Assembly (NCBI GenBank): GCA_965207065.1
Contig: OZ242260.1
Location: 1 to 64,000, forward strand
Length of the DNA stretch: 64,000 bases
Direction of reading: 5' to 3'
Origin: a bacterium
Lineage (GTDB): Bacteria; UBA8248
The notes under the pieces are model-generated. The model was not told the origin of the DNA and ran no database searches. It was given only the letters and a program-made list of their open reading frames with translations. Position 1 is the first letter of the stretch, and every line of letters begins with the position of its first letter. Positions 10,259 through 20,885 of the stretch are shown in pieces. The position numbers were made by a program, and so were the translations under genes.

Positions 10259-11089
10259 CTACCCGCCGGGTTGTTCCTTTTGTTTTTCGATGGCCGCGAA
10301 CGCCTGCTCTTTATCTTCTGTGTCTTCCACGCGGCGCGCGGTGTCCATGGCGGCGTCGATTTGCCCGGCTTCGGCCTGCGCCACGGCGATGTCCCGGTAC
10401 GCCCATGAGCGGTAAAGCGGCTTGCCGATGCCGCCTGCGGAATGGAGAGCGGCGGGGAAATCTCCCGCACCCGCCTGGCCCGTGGCGATTTCCTGCAAGG
10501 CCCAGGAGCGCCAGGAAGGGTCGCCGATTTCGCGGGCTGCCTGAACGGCGGTGGTGAAATCCCCCGCCCCGGCCAGGGACATGACGTTTTTCCACGCTTG
10601 CTCGGAAACGCTCTTTTCGTCGCGGATCTCCTCGATCGCCTCCAGGGCGGCGTTCAGCGTATGGGAGGCGATGGCAGCGGCGGGGCCCCTCTGAACGGCG
10701 GAGAAGTGCTTGAGCGCCACCATTCGATCGTCGGGGTCGTCGATGCGGCGAATCGTCTCGACGGCTTCGCTGATCTGTCCTGCCCCCGCCTGGGCGATGG
10801 CGATTTCCCGCAGGGCGGAGGCGTGGAAAAGAGAGCTTCCGATGCCCCGCGCCGTCTCTATGGCGCCCTCGATGTCCCCCGCCTGCGCCTGTTCGACGGC
10901 GCGTTCGCTCAGATGAATGGAGCGGTTGGTGATTTCGCTCAGGAACCGGGCGTTTTGAGCCTCGGGCGTCAGTTCACGCCCATCGAGCGTCTCCTCCCCG
11001 GTATCCGCGCTATCCGGAGCCGGAGCAGGCTCCCCGGCTTCGCGCCGAGCCTCAAGTAATCGCATGAAACTCCGGAACATGTTTCTCAT
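10259..11089 (-). CDS. Alpha-helical TPR/HEAT-like repeat protein (copy 1, 276 aa)
   Basis: ~33-aa repeats A..A..I....R..AL..IA..QA.AG. Paralog at 47172-47903. Confidence 0.8.
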   Translation of the reverse strand: MRNMFRSFMRLLEARREAGEPAPAPDSADTGEETLDGRELTPEAQNARFLSEITNRSIHLSERAVEQAQAGDIEGAIETARGIGSSLFHASALREIAIAQAGAGQISEAVETIRRIDDPDDRMVALKHFSAVQRGPAAAIASHTLNAALEAIEEIRDEKSVSEQAWKNVMSLAGAGDFTTAVQAAREIGDPSWRSWALQEIATGQAGAGDFPAALHSAGGIGKPLYRSWAYRDIAVAQAEAGQIDAAMDTARRVEDTEDKEQAFAAIEKQKEQPGG

Positions 11090-11522
11090 CCGGCCCCTCG
11101 CCTGTCCCGTTCGTGTGTGGTTGTTCCAATCCCGGGTCGTCTTTCCAGAGGATTGACGCGTAATGCATCGCAACAATTAATCCTGATTCTTGATACAGGT
11201 ATTATCCTCGCATTCATTATATTTTGCATTCGAAAAGGCGCGTTTATAGCTTTTCACCACGTAATTGGCAAGAAAACGAAAAAAATGAAAGGGGGAGCGT
11301 GCCCGATGCCGCATTCGGCAAGACAAGTAGAATGCGCGGCGTCTACCCCTTGATTGCCCCGGCCACGATTCAGGCGACGGAACCGGTGAGGGCGGCGGAA
11401 AAGGACAGTAACCCCTCGCGTGACGCCGCGCGCGCAATTTCTGTGGGCTATGGGTGCCGTCCGTCCTTTAAGCGCCGGAAGACCTCCGTTCCCCAGAGCG
11501 GAGAATCCATCCTGACGTGATC

Positions 11523-11867
11523 TCAGGGCGTTTTATCGCCCTCGTCCTTTGCCGCCGGGTCGGCGCCGGCGGCAAGCAGGGCCTCCGCGACGGCAGGGAC
11601 GGCCTTGCCGAAACACGCCGCCACGTGCAGGGGCGTGCGCCCTTTGCGGTCCCGGGCGTTCGGGGCGGCGCCGGCTTCGACCAGCGCGGTCACGACCCCG
11701 GGCGTCCTGCCGAACGCCGCCGCCCTGTGAAGAGGCGTCCATCCTCGTTCATCCCGCGCGTTGACATCGTCTCCGTCCTGCAGGCGGCGGAGAGTATCCG
11801 CCGCGCCGGCGCGCTCGAAGAATTCCTTCGTGTTCCAGGTCTCGCCGGAATATCCGGTCGCCATCAT
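11523..11867 (-). CDS. Ankyrin-repeat protein (copy 1), truncated by TGG->TGA
   Basis: DVNARDERGWTPLHRAA...ARDRKGRTPLHVAA. Sequence past the stop still aligns with the copy-2 C-terminus (WDLVRMCSPLW). Confidence 0.85.
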   Translation of the reverse strand: MMATGYSGETWNTKEFFERAGAADTLRRLQDGDDVNARDERGWTPLHRAAAFGRTPGVVTALVEAGAAPNARDRKGRTPLHVAACFGKAVPAVAEALLAAGADPAAKDEGDKTP

Positions 11868-12569
11868 CGATTCTCCCGTCTCTTTTACGGGTCATCCAGG
11901 GCGGGGTATTTCTCGGGGGAATGAGCGATTCTAGCAGGAATGCGTGTCTGCGCAACTCTTTCGGCGCAACTTGTCGAATCCCGTTTTGAGCGAACCTGAT
12001 CCGAGGTAATGTTTCTCCCTCCGCCACGCTGCGGGTCTCGCACCGCTTCTTCCGCACCGTATCGGCCGATGCATCGGGTTGGCCTGACATGAAGTCGCGG
12101 GCGGCTTTTTTCGGGATGAAGGCGTTTCCCCGGCCATGAGTTGCGACGCTCCGGTTGGATACGTTCGGCTTCTCCCCCCGCCTGGTGGTAATGGTTCCCA
12201 TTCCCCATAGAAGAATCGATATTCACCGAGCGGGAGAAACGGCAAGGATATTGAACGGGCATTCCGTTCATTTCCCGACTGCGCTGCTTGCGCAATCGGA
12301 GTCCCGGTATTGTGTTCCTTACCGGCGAGAGAGTCGTCAGGAGAATACGCATATCCGGCCATTGCCCGGCGCCATGGCGAATAAGATGCGCATCATACCC
12401 ATATCCGTGATGAAATTCCTTGCCCGTCTTCCTGAAAATCTGCAAGATTCATGAATTTCAACCAGACTCCAGGGAAGACCCTGGCGCGGTCGGGTTCGCC
12501 TCCTCTATATATAATACGCTTCGACTCGACGCCGATATCGCAACGACGCAACCCCCCATGCGCCTGATA

Positions 12570-12810
12570 TGACGGAACTCGTAGCGGGAGTTGCTCTCCC
12601 CGGACGAAATCATTCTGCTGCGAATGCACCTGGAGTTGTTTCCTTTCATGCCGTTTGCCGAACGGATATGGGCATTGCGGAGTAACCTGGCCTGCTGCGA
12701 CGCCTGGTACGTGGCGCCGGGTTGTCCGCTGATTACGCTTGACCGGAAGCTCGGCCGCGCTACGGGTCCGGAGTACGACATTCTCACCCCGCCCGCCGAT
12801 AAGAAAGAAA
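12570..12810 (+). pseudogene. VapC/PIN toxin C-terminal relic
   Basis: LELFPFMPFAERIWALRSNLACCDAWYVA...PLITLDRKLGRA; 5' half missing. Confidence 0.7.
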
Positions 12811-14022
12811 CTCCGAGCCCGTGGATGAGTCGAGGACTCGATCCGGAAAACGGCCTTCATCATCATGCCGTCAACGGGGCTGGCGGAACTTCCCGGTTTT
12901 GTGGTTCGGCGCTTCGGGACCCACGCGTCCGGGCCGGTCCGGCCCACCATCGCCGGCTCGCCTCCCCGAGGGTTTTTCCGTCATCACCCCGTATGCGCGG
13001 CGACGCAACTCGCGGGAAAAATGCCGTTCGGAACGCTCGAATCGCCGCTATTCCGGCGCTCCGCTCATCGGGCATACGCCTGCGGGCCCGGGGGATTGCG
13101 TTCCGGGGCGGGGAGAAACCCGAGGGTATCCCCGGTCGCCCGAGCTACCCTGGAGCGAATGACACAGGAACGATGGCAGGCCGGAAGAAGACAAGGGGCA
13201 AACGTTTGATGAGACAGGGTCGGCACGCAGGATTCGGCAATAGCCCGCCGGGCAAAGGGAATCACTTGACAATTGACCGGAGTTTACTTCATATTTATAT
13301 AAACGATAGTGAATAAGGTGATGATTTTATGTTTCGCCCGCCCGCCGATTGCGGTCTTCTCACCCAGGGCCGAATTTAGCGAGAAAATCACCTTGACAAA
13401 ACGGAAAAAGCTGTAGCAATATCGGTGTAGCAATAGAATCCAGGAGGCGCGATTGACGCGGGGTTGCTCGCCGGGAACGATATACTCAGCTAATGAGGTT
13501 TGGAACAGGCGGGTACTACATCGGGAATTGGCTCCTCGGGGATAACGTTGCAGCCGACCCCGAATGTCTGTATTGAGGTTGCATCGACCCGTTGGAAGGG
13601 TTCTCGAACGGAGTGGTCGTCGCCCGGAAGAGGAGACGGGTTCAACGTAACAGGAAGCTTAATCGGCTGACCAACTTTTTTAGAATCACGAATCGTGTAC
13701 CATTACATTCTGGAAGGCGAACCCGGTAGTAACCGTCCTCCGGTAATTAATTCAGGAAGACAACCCAGAGTTAGAGATAATGGAATTCAACGGAGAGGAG
13801 GATGTTAGAGGTTTAGAGAAAGCCGGCATATACACGTTAAATTTCTCCCCTCGCCAGTCACCCCACCGAACGCGCTCTGATACGATAAACACCTGATTTC
13901 ATTCACATTTAACTCAATCGGCATTTCTTTCGGCGCTTGCAACCTCGTCAGGCGTGTGCTCCAATACGCTCCTGTTTGATGCCGCGCGTTTGCGGTTTGA
14001 TTACGGTTTCAGGGGAGGATCC

Positions 14023-15204
14023 ATGCCGAAAAGAAGCGGGATCAGGCTCACGAAGCGCGCCGTCGACGCGCTCTGTGTCGAGGGGAAGGACGCGGTCTTC
14101 TGGGACAGGGAGCTGGCCGGTTTCGGGGTGCGCGTCTACCCCACGGGGCGGAAGGTCTACGTGGTGCAGTCGAGGGGGCCGGGCGGGCCGAAGCGCAAGG
14201 CGCTGGGCCGTCACGGGGATATATCGTGCGACGAGGCGCGCAAGCTTGCCGCCGCCCTCATCGACCGCATCAAGCGGGGGGAGAACCCCGCACCAGATGC
14301 GGAGTTCACCGTGGCGGGGCTGGCGGAACGCTTCATGCGCGTCCACGTGTCGGCGCACTGCAAACCGATCACCGCCGTTTCCTACGGCAGCACGCTGGAG
14401 AAGCACGTCCTGCCGTCTTTTGGCGAGATGGGGGTCGGCGAGGTCACGGGAGGCGACGTCATGGCCATGCACCACCGCATGCGTGAGACGCCCAAGGCGG
14501 CCGACATAGCGGTCGACGTGCTCTCGAGAATGTACGTGCTGGCCGAGGCGTGGGACCTCATACCGCCCGGGAGCAATCCTTGCTCGGCAGTGCGCCGCTA
14601 CCGGAGGCGCCCCCGCGAGCGGTTCCTGACGCCCGAGGAGTTCCGCCGCCTGGGCCGCGCGCTGCGCGAAGCGGAGGCGGAGGGCTCGGCCCGGCCGTCC
14701 ACGATTGCGGCGCTGCGCCTCGTGATGCTGACCGGGTGCAGGAAGTGCGAGATTCTGGAACTCAACTGGGACGACGTGGACCTCACGGCGGGGGAACTCA
14801 GGCTCAGGGACGCGAAGTCGGGGCCGCGCATGGTCCACCTGACGGCGCCCGCGCTCGTGGTGCTCGGTCGAGTCCCGCGCACGCCGGGGGAGGCCCGCGT
14901 GTTCCCCGGGCGGGAAGGGAGGAGCCACAAGCCCTACTTCGACCTGATCTGGCGGCGGGTGCGTGCGCGCGCGGGACTCGAAGACGTAAGGGTCCACGAC
15001 CTGAGACACTCCTACGCCAGCCGGGCGCTCGCGCTGGGCGAGGGGCTGCCCACGATAGCGAAGCTGCTCGGACACGCGGGGATATCGACGACGGCGCGCT
15101 ACGCGCACCTGATGCGCGAGGCCGAGAAGACGGCGGCCGCCCGGGTGGGGGAGAGTATCGGGGTCCATCTGGAGCCACGGGCCACGGAAGCGCGGGCGGA
15201 ATAG
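14023..15204 (+). CDS. Tyrosine integrase with N-terminal Arm DNA-binding domain
   Basis: FWDRELAGFGVRVYPTGRK; catalytic GCRKCE, HDLRHSYAS, LLGH...TTARYAH. Confidence 0.92.
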   Translation: MPKRSGIRLTKRAVDALCVEGKDAVFWDRELAGFGVRVYPTGRKVYVVQSRGPGGPKRKALGRHGDISCDEARKLAAALIDRIKRGENPAPDAEFTVAGLAERFMRVHVSAHCKPITAVSYGSTLEKHVLPSFGEMGVGEVTGGDVMAMHHRMRETPKAADIAVDVLSRMYVLAEAWDLIPPGSNPCSAVRRYRRRPRERFLTPEEFRRLGRALREAEAEGSARPSTIAALRLVMLTGCRKCEILELNWDDVDLTAGELRLRDAKSGPRMVHLTAPALVVLGRVPRTPGEARVFPGREGRSHKPYFDLIWRRVRARAGLEDVRVHDLRHSYASRALALGEGLPTIAKLLGHAGISTTARYAHLMREAEKTAAARVGESIGVHLEPRATEARAE

Positions 15205-15220
15205 CGGGGAGGCGCGGGAG

Positions 15221-16426
15221 ATGGCGAAGCTGCAGGGCGGGACGCTCTCGAACCGCATGGTGGAGAAGCTTGCCGCCGAAAAAGACTCTGTTTTCTGGGA
15301 TCGCGACCTCACGGGCTTCGGCGTGCGTGTCTACCCCACGGGGAGCAAGGTCTACGTCGCCCAGGTCCGGGGGCCGAAGGGTCCCAGGCGCGTGACGGTG
15401 GGCCGGCACGGTGTGATCAACGCGGATGAGGCGAGGAAGCGCGCGGCCTCGGTCATCGCGCGGGTGAAGGCGGGCAAGGAAGTAGCGTCCGGACCGGCGA
15501 AGCCCGCGGGAGGCCCCACGGTGGCCGATCTCGCGCGGCGCTACATGGAAGAACACGTGGCGGTCCGGTGCAAGCCGAGCACCGGGGACCTCGCCCGCGC
15601 GGTGGTATGCAAGCACATCCTGCCGGCCCTGGGCAGGGCGCCGCTTGCGGCGCTCGAGCGCGCGCAGGTCGCGGAGTTGCACCAGCGGCTGGGCAGGACG
15701 CCCTACATGGCGAACATGGTGGTCCGCACCCTGAAGCTGATGTACAGGCTGGGCGAGGGCTGGGGCATGGTCCCCAAGGGATGCAACCCGTGCCGCGCCA
15801 TCGTGAAGTATCCCGACCGCAAGCGAGAACGCTTCCTGACCGATAAGGAGTACACCCGCCTGGGGCGCGTCCTGGAGGAGGCCCGAAACCGGCGCGGTTC
15901 GGAGGGAGCGGTGGCGGCCATCCGCCTTTTGATGCTGACCGGGTGCCGGAAGAATGAGATACTCTCGCTCCGCTGGGAGAACGTCTCGCTCGAGGCGCGT
16001 GAATTCAGGCTGCCCGGCGCCAAGACGGGCGCGCGGGTGGTGTCCTTATCGCCGCCGGCGCTCAAGCTCCTCTCCGCCCTGCCCAGGACGCCCGGGAGCC
16101 CGTGGGTGTTTCCCGCCAGGAACCCCGGCGAGCACGTCCGCTCCGTCCACCATGTCTGGAAGAGCGTCTGCTCGCGCGCCGGTCTCGAGAACGTGCGGGT
16201 CCACGACCTCAGGCACTCCTACGCCTCGCGCGCCCTGGCCCTGGGCGAGAGTCTCACGATGATCGGAAAGCTCCTGGGGCACTCCCAGATCAAGACCACG
16301 GCGCGCTACGCGCACCTCGCGCGCGAGTCGGTGCGCGAGTCCGCCGAGCGCGTCGCAGCCAGTATTGCCGACGACATATTGGAGGATGACTGGAGGCGGG
16401 CTCTCGGTTCAGAACACGTCCCGTAG
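15221..16426 (+). CDS. Second tandem tyrosine integrase (paralog)
   Basis: Same architecture: FWDRDLTGFGVRV, GCRKNE, HDLRHSYAS, LLGHSQIKTTARYAH. Confidence 0.92.
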   Translation: MAKLQGGTLSNRMVEKLAAEKDSVFWDRDLTGFGVRVYPTGSKVYVAQVRGPKGPRRVTVGRHGVINADEARKRAASVIARVKAGKEVASGPAKPAGGPTVADLARRYMEEHVAVRCKPSTGDLARAVVCKHILPALGRAPLAALERAQVAELHQRLGRTPYMANMVVRTLKLMYRLGEGWGMVPKGCNPCRAIVKYPDRKRERFLTDKEYTRLGRVLEEARNRRGSEGAVAAIRLLMLTGCRKNEILSLRWENVSLEAREFRLPGAKTGARVVSLSPPALKLLSALPRTPGSPWVFPARNPGEHVRSVHHVWKSVCSRAGLENVRVHDLRHSYASRALALGESLTMIGKLLGHSQIKTTARYAHLARESVRESAERVAASIADDILEDDWRRALGSEHVP

Positions 16427-16566
16427 CGGCGCGGGCCGCGACAGGCCGTGTAGTCCGTGCGCCGGCGCAGGTCTTATCGTAACGGCGCGCAACCATATGC
16501 GCTTGCGCTTTATCCGGGCCTTGCTCTCTGCCGACGGCCGGCGACGAACAGTGCCCCGCGTCGGCG

Positions 16567-16893
16567 TCAATCGCTGGCGTCGTGCCCGGCGATGCCAGCG
16601 AGCTCGACCGGAGGGCGGTCGGGGAAACGGGCGACGAGCGAGAGGCTTCCGCCCATCGCCTCGACCGTCCGGCGCAGCGTGGACAGCAGCAGGTCGCTGC
16701 GCTGCTCGAGCCGAGAAACCGCGTCCTGGCCGATGCCGAGCTCGCGCGCAACGCTCACCTGGGTTAGCCTGCGGGCCTCGCGCAACTCGCGCAGCGTCAT
16801 CTCCTCGGCGATCAGTTCCGCCGCCCGTTCCTCGATCCTGCGCCGCCGCTCGGGGGCGAGACTTGCGATTACCTCTTCCACGTCGAGCGCCAT
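16567..16893 (-). CDS. XRE/HTH antitoxin
   Basis: LRELREARRLTQVSVARELGIGQDAVSRLEQRSDLLLSTL. Confidence 0.88.
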   Translation of the reverse strand: MALDVEEVIASLAPERRRRIEERAAELIAEEMTLRELREARRLTQVSVARELGIGQDAVSRLEQRSDLLLSTLRRTVEAMGGSLSLVARFPDRPPVELAGIAGHDASD

Positions 16894-17267
16894 TACGATT
16901 CTCCTCTTCTTTCCTCGGCGAGCCGGGCCAGATGCCGGTCGAACCTATCGTCGGCCTTGCGAATGAGATCGCGGTAAAACCGCCGTTGGCTCCTGCCCGA
17001 CTTCTCACCCGCTACCAGAAGCATGGCGCGACGGAGGGGATCGAAAGCGAAGGCGACCCGCCACTCCCCGCCTGCCGCGCTGAATCGTATCTCCTTCATG
17101 TTCGCATGCCGCGATCCGTTCAGCGTATCCACCTGAGGCCGGCCCAGTTGCGGCCCGAACTGGCGTAACAGGCGCGTCATGGACAGGATCGTGTCCTGAA
17201 CGTCTTGCTGAAGTGCAAAGAATTCGGGCTCAAACTCCCCGGCGATCCGGACCCTCCAATTCATCAA
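16893..17267 (-). CDS. RelE/HigB-family toxin
   Basis: FGPQLGRPQVDTLNGSRHANMKEIRF...WRVAFAFDP. Confidence 0.88.
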   Translation of the reverse strand: MMNWRVRIAGEFEPEFFALQQDVQDTILSMTRLLRQFGPQLGRPQVDTLNGSRHANMKEIRFSAAGGEWRVAFAFDPLRRAMLLVAGEKSGRSQRRFYRDLIRKADDRFDRHLARLAEERRGES

Positions 17268-17548
17268 GGCAGTATGGCGCTACCGGGATATGAAGTCAAG
17301 ATCATGTCCATTCCCCGCTCCAAGTCGGCCCTCCGGGTTCGGCGAGAGACGCTGGTGAGCACATCCACCGCGCTTCGCGCCTGCGACGCGGGCCGGGATG
17401 TCCGGTTTTCCGCATCTTCCCCTTCCTCCCGAATGAAGGCGCCTGAACCCCGGGCGCCGCCCCGCACGGCAGCGGCCACCGCCATCGTCCGGACCTTGCC
17501 GGGAAGCGATGAGGGAGTATCGGCGCCCTCCGGCCGGGGAATCGCTCT

Positions 17549-17890
17549 CTATTCCGCCATGCGCCTGAGCCCCGTGAGCGGCCGGAGCCGGACCGTCCGC
17601 GAGGCGGGCTTCGCGGGCACGCTGATCTCCTCGCCGCTGAAGGGCAGGATCATCCGGCGCGCCTTTCTCGCCGGCTTGCGCGCGACTTCGATCTTCAAAA
17701 GGCCCGGAAGCGTGAAGACGCCCACAGCGCGTCTTTTTAGGTGACGCGCGATAAGGGTTCCGAGTTCATCGAGCACCAGGGCCACGTCTTTTTTGTGAAG
17801 CCCCGTCGAATCGGACAGCGCACCCAGCAGTTCGGACTTTTTCATCGCCGCCCGTAGCGCCGTTTCATTTCGTTTCGCCTGTTTCGCCAT
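17549..17890 (-). CDS. HU/IHF-family DNA-binding protein
   Basis: MKKSELLGALSDSTGLHKKDV...FTLPGLLKIEVARKPARKAR...PFSGEEISVPAKPA. Confidence 0.85.
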   Translation of the reverse strand: MAKQAKRNETALRAAMKKSELLGALSDSTGLHKKDVALVLDELGTLIARHLKRRAVGVFTLPGLLKIEVARKPARKARRMILPFSGEEISVPAKPASRTVRLRPLTGLRRMAE

Positions 17891-18219
17891 CCCGCGTCTC
17901 CTCTCGATGTTTTCGCCGGCTTCTCCCCGGAGGGTTCGTATCACGCGCCTACGAGCCGCGCCGCCGGACCCGGTGAATATGCTTTTTCTCGGTGAACGGA
18001 TTCCACCGATCATACCCGGTTGCCCGGCGCCGGACAACGCCGCCGGCCGGTCAAAACCGCCGAAACCTACCCGATGAGGCCGCGCCGAGTCGCCGTTATC
18101 CCGCCGCCCGCCGACGAGAGGTGGAGGCCGGGGAGAGAAGCCCGGGGCCGAGGGTGCGGGATCGAGAGAGAGTCCGCCGCGCCCCTCCGCCATCGACCCA
18201 CGACCCGGGAGGATTTTCC

Positions 18220-18567
18220 ATGAAAAACCGAAAACCATCCGCTGCGGCGCACTTGATCGTCCTAGCGGGACCCGCTCTCGCGCTGCTCTACACCATCTTC
18301 ACCCTCACCGGCGGGAACGGCGTCCGCTTCATCTCCGGCGCCTGGCTCCTCGCCGTGCTCTGGACCATCGTCACCGCGCTCTCGGGCGCCCTGTGGCGGG
18401 CGTACCACGGCGACCGGTCCGCCTTCACCTCCTACACCCTCCCCGAGAGGAACGAAGAGCAATTCGATTGGGAGACCCGCACGGGGCGTTACTCCTGGCG
18501 AAGGGATTACGAGGAGGGCGGGCCGTTTGATGATGATTATCCCTACGGTCACGGCCCCATCGCCTGA
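18220..18567 (+). CDS. Small membrane protein, unknown function
   Basis: GGGAGG RBS, two TM helices, acidic/aromatic tail. Confidence 0.6.
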   Translation: MKNRKPSAAAHLIVLAGPALALLYTIFTLTGGNGVRFISGAWLLAVLWTIVTALSGALWRAYHGDRSAFTSYTLPERNEEQFDWETRTGRYSWRRDYEEGGPFDDDYPYGHGPIA

Positions 18568-18969
18568 GCGTCCGGAGGTTTCACTCTCTGCCGCGTAAGC
18601 GGCGGCACGCGCCCCGTATCCCGGCATACCCCCCCTGCTTGTTCGCCGCGGCGTCCGGCCTTCTTCTCGGACACCCATATTATCCAAAATCAATCCGTGT
18701 GCAAGGAAATTTTGTAGCGGATTTCCTGCGCCTTGCCGCCGTACGCGCTCACGACCACCATCCCCCGCGCCGGGGTTTGATAAAAAAATCCGAAATAAAT
18801 GCGCGTAGAGCGGCCGCATCCCTCTCTTCCTCCGCCGGCGCGCCCCGCACCGCCGGGAGGCGGAGCCGGACCGGGAGGGGGCGGCGGAAGGGATCCGGGA
18901 GGGAGGCTCTCCCGGTCGAGGTTCACTTCCGCCGCCATCACCCACCCACTCCAAGGAGGAGGCCGCGCG

Positions 18970-19272
18970 ATGCGTAAACCGAAACCCGAAGCCAACACCT
19001 TCCTCATCCATCTCCTGGGCCCTGGCCTGGCCGATGAGCGATACGAGGTCAGGCGATACAAATCCGATACCCGGGGCGGCATCAGGCCCGCGCCCTCTCC
19101 TGAGAGCGGGAAGCGCAGAAGAAAACGCGTGACGGCCTCGCGCCGTGTTGTAAGGGAGATGCGTCCCGCCCGGGACGAGCTCATCATTTGTACGGGGATC
19201 AAAATCCCCGGGAGCGGGCTGCAGCTGTGGGGCGAGCACCTCGTCTGGGGGCGGATGATGTGCCGGGGATGA
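18970..19272 (+). CDS. Hypothetical protein (100 aa)
   Basis: Strong AAGGAGGAGG RBS. Its C-terminus has a homologous fragment at 5060-5170 on the minus strand. Confidence 0.55.
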   Translation: MRKPKPEANTFLIHLLGPGLADERYEVRRYKSDTRGGIRPAPSPESGKRRRKRVTASRRVVREMRPARDELIICTGIKIPGSGLQLWGEHLVWGRMMCRG

Positions 19273-19335
19273 GCCCGCAAGACGTCTGGCCCCACTGCCG
19301 GCCGTACGACTTCACCGACACATGAGGAAAATCCC

Positions 19336-20145
19336 ATGCCTCACAAGGATCCGGAAGCCAGGCGCAAGTACGAGCGCGAACGCCACAGGCGGAGGACGGC
19401 CGAACGCCGCGCGCGGGGGGCTTGTGTAAAGTGCGGTGAACATCCTCCTGCGCCCGAGAGAACTCTCTGCGAATCCTGCCTCGGAAAAGCCCGGGACGCC
19501 GAACGCGCCAGATACGCCAAAGCCTGGGAAGAGGGTTTCCCATATGGCGGGAGAGACCCCGAAAGCCGCCGCCGCATGGCGCGGGAGAGGGCGAGAAAAC
19601 GCAGGCGCGAGCGTCTCGAGGCCGGGCTCTGCACGGCTTGCGGCGAACGGGAACCCGCCGGGGGCGCAGCCGTCTGCGAGGATTGCCGACAGGCAAGACG
19701 CGCTGCGGAAAAAAAGCTTTATGACAAAAGGCGCGCCTCCGCGCGCTGCGGTCGTTGCGGAGGCGCCGTAATCGATAAGGCTTCGACGTGCGCTTCGTGC
19801 GCCACAAGGGACATGAAGCGCCGTCCGCGAAAGAACGCCGCGAGCAGGAAACGCTATCGCGACAGGCGCGCTCTCGGGATCTGTGTGGACTGCTCATCCA
19901 AAACCAACGGAGCATCGAGGTGCGCTTCCTGCGCCTTGCGCTCCTGGCACTCCTCGGGCGTGCACAGGGGGATGCCGGTCTTTCCGGCGCGATTCACCAT
20001 AGTCGAATTGTCCACGGGTGTGGAACACGGGCCACTCGACTCCTGGGAGGAGGTGGCCATGTGCCTCGCCTTCAAGAGGCTCTCCCGCCATGAGGTGGAG
20101 GTGGTCGAGGATGCGCCCGTGATTTCCGGGCTCGCCGGGTGGTGA
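19336..20145 (+). CDS. Arg-rich protein with four CxxC-x(10-11)-CxxC repeats (putative multi-zinc-finger)
   Basis: CVKC..CESC, CTAC..CEDC, CGRC..CASC, CVDC..CASC, separated by basic helices. Confidence 0.75.
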   Translation: MPHKDPEARRKYERERHRRRTAERRARGACVKCGEHPPAPERTLCESCLGKARDAERARYAKAWEEGFPYGGRDPESRRRMARERARKRRRERLEAGLCTACGEREPAGGAAVCEDCRQARRAAEKKLYDKRRASARCGRCGGAVIDKASTCASCATRDMKRRPRKNAASRKRYRDRRALGICVDCSSKTNGASRCASCALRSWHSSGVHRGMPVFPARFTIVELSTGVEHGPLDSWEEVAMCLAFKRLSRHEVEVVEDAPVISGLAGW

Positions 20146-20305
20146 GCGCCTGAGCCGGCCCGGCGCGGGTACGTACCGCCGGCGGGCCGACGACGGAGGA
20201 GGGGGAGGGTTCGACGCCGCCCTGCTACGCAGCCGGCCCGTCGTCAGTAGTCAGGCGCCCGATGGGGCCTTAGCGCCCGGCGCGGAAGGGCCCGCGGGAC
20301 CTCCC

Positions 20306-20701
20306 TCACTTCGGGCGCCGTAACGACGGAGCGAATTTCAGGCGCGGGGGGGGGGGGAGCCACCACGTCAAAACCCAGACGGGAAGGCAGGCTGCGAGCG
20401 CCTGAACGCCCACGGGGAGCGGACCGAAGAGACCCCCCGCCGAGGCTGCGCCGAGGGCCAACCACGCCATCAGGGCGGGACCCGGATAGCCCGAGCGATT
20501 CAAACGCCGGCATGTGAGCGCAAGCGGCAGTCCGAACGGAGCAGCCAGCAGCAACTCCAGAGTGGCCAGCGGCGTATTCACACTCTCCACGGAGCCCGTG
20601 CGCAGGACCTCGCCCGCAATCATCCCCCCCGGCAGCCACACGAGCGCAGCCATCCGGAACCCGAGTCTCGCGATGCGTTTTTTCCCTCTTCGTTCGTCCA
20701 T
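20306..20701 (-). CDS. Small membrane protein
   Basis: 131 aa with ~4 hydrophobic segments and an upstream GAGG RBS. Confidence 0.55.
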   Translation of the reverse strand: MDERRGKKRIARLGFRMAALVWLPGGMIAGEVLRTGSVESVNTPLATLELLLAAPFGLPLALTCRRLNRSGYPGPALMAWLALGAASAGGLFGPLPVGVQALAACLPVWVLTWWLPPPPRLKFAPSLRRPK

Positions 20702-20885
20702 GCCTCATCCGACACGAATCCGGTGTCCGGCGCAAGTCCCGACACAGTCCGCGAGTGATCCCCGCCGGGTGAGGACCTCCTCTCGAGAGTGAGAGCGAAG
20801 CCGGGAGCCGGGCAAATGCCCGGTAGGGAGAGGGAGACGGTCTCCAGCTCCCGCCGCCGGCGACAACCCGAGAGGAGGCCTGGCC

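Noticed and set aside
13528-13541. TGGCTCCTCGGG, the reverse complement of a tRNA-like 3' end (CCCGAGGAGCCA), upstream of the integrases
   Set aside because: No T-loop or cloverleaf and no second copy seen in the window; too short to call a tRNA or att site.
13948-15312. 454-aa minus-strand ORF and similar long antisense ORFs (22479-23651, 36027-37088, 46489-48018)
   Set aside because: Shadow frames of well-supported genes in high-GC DNA.
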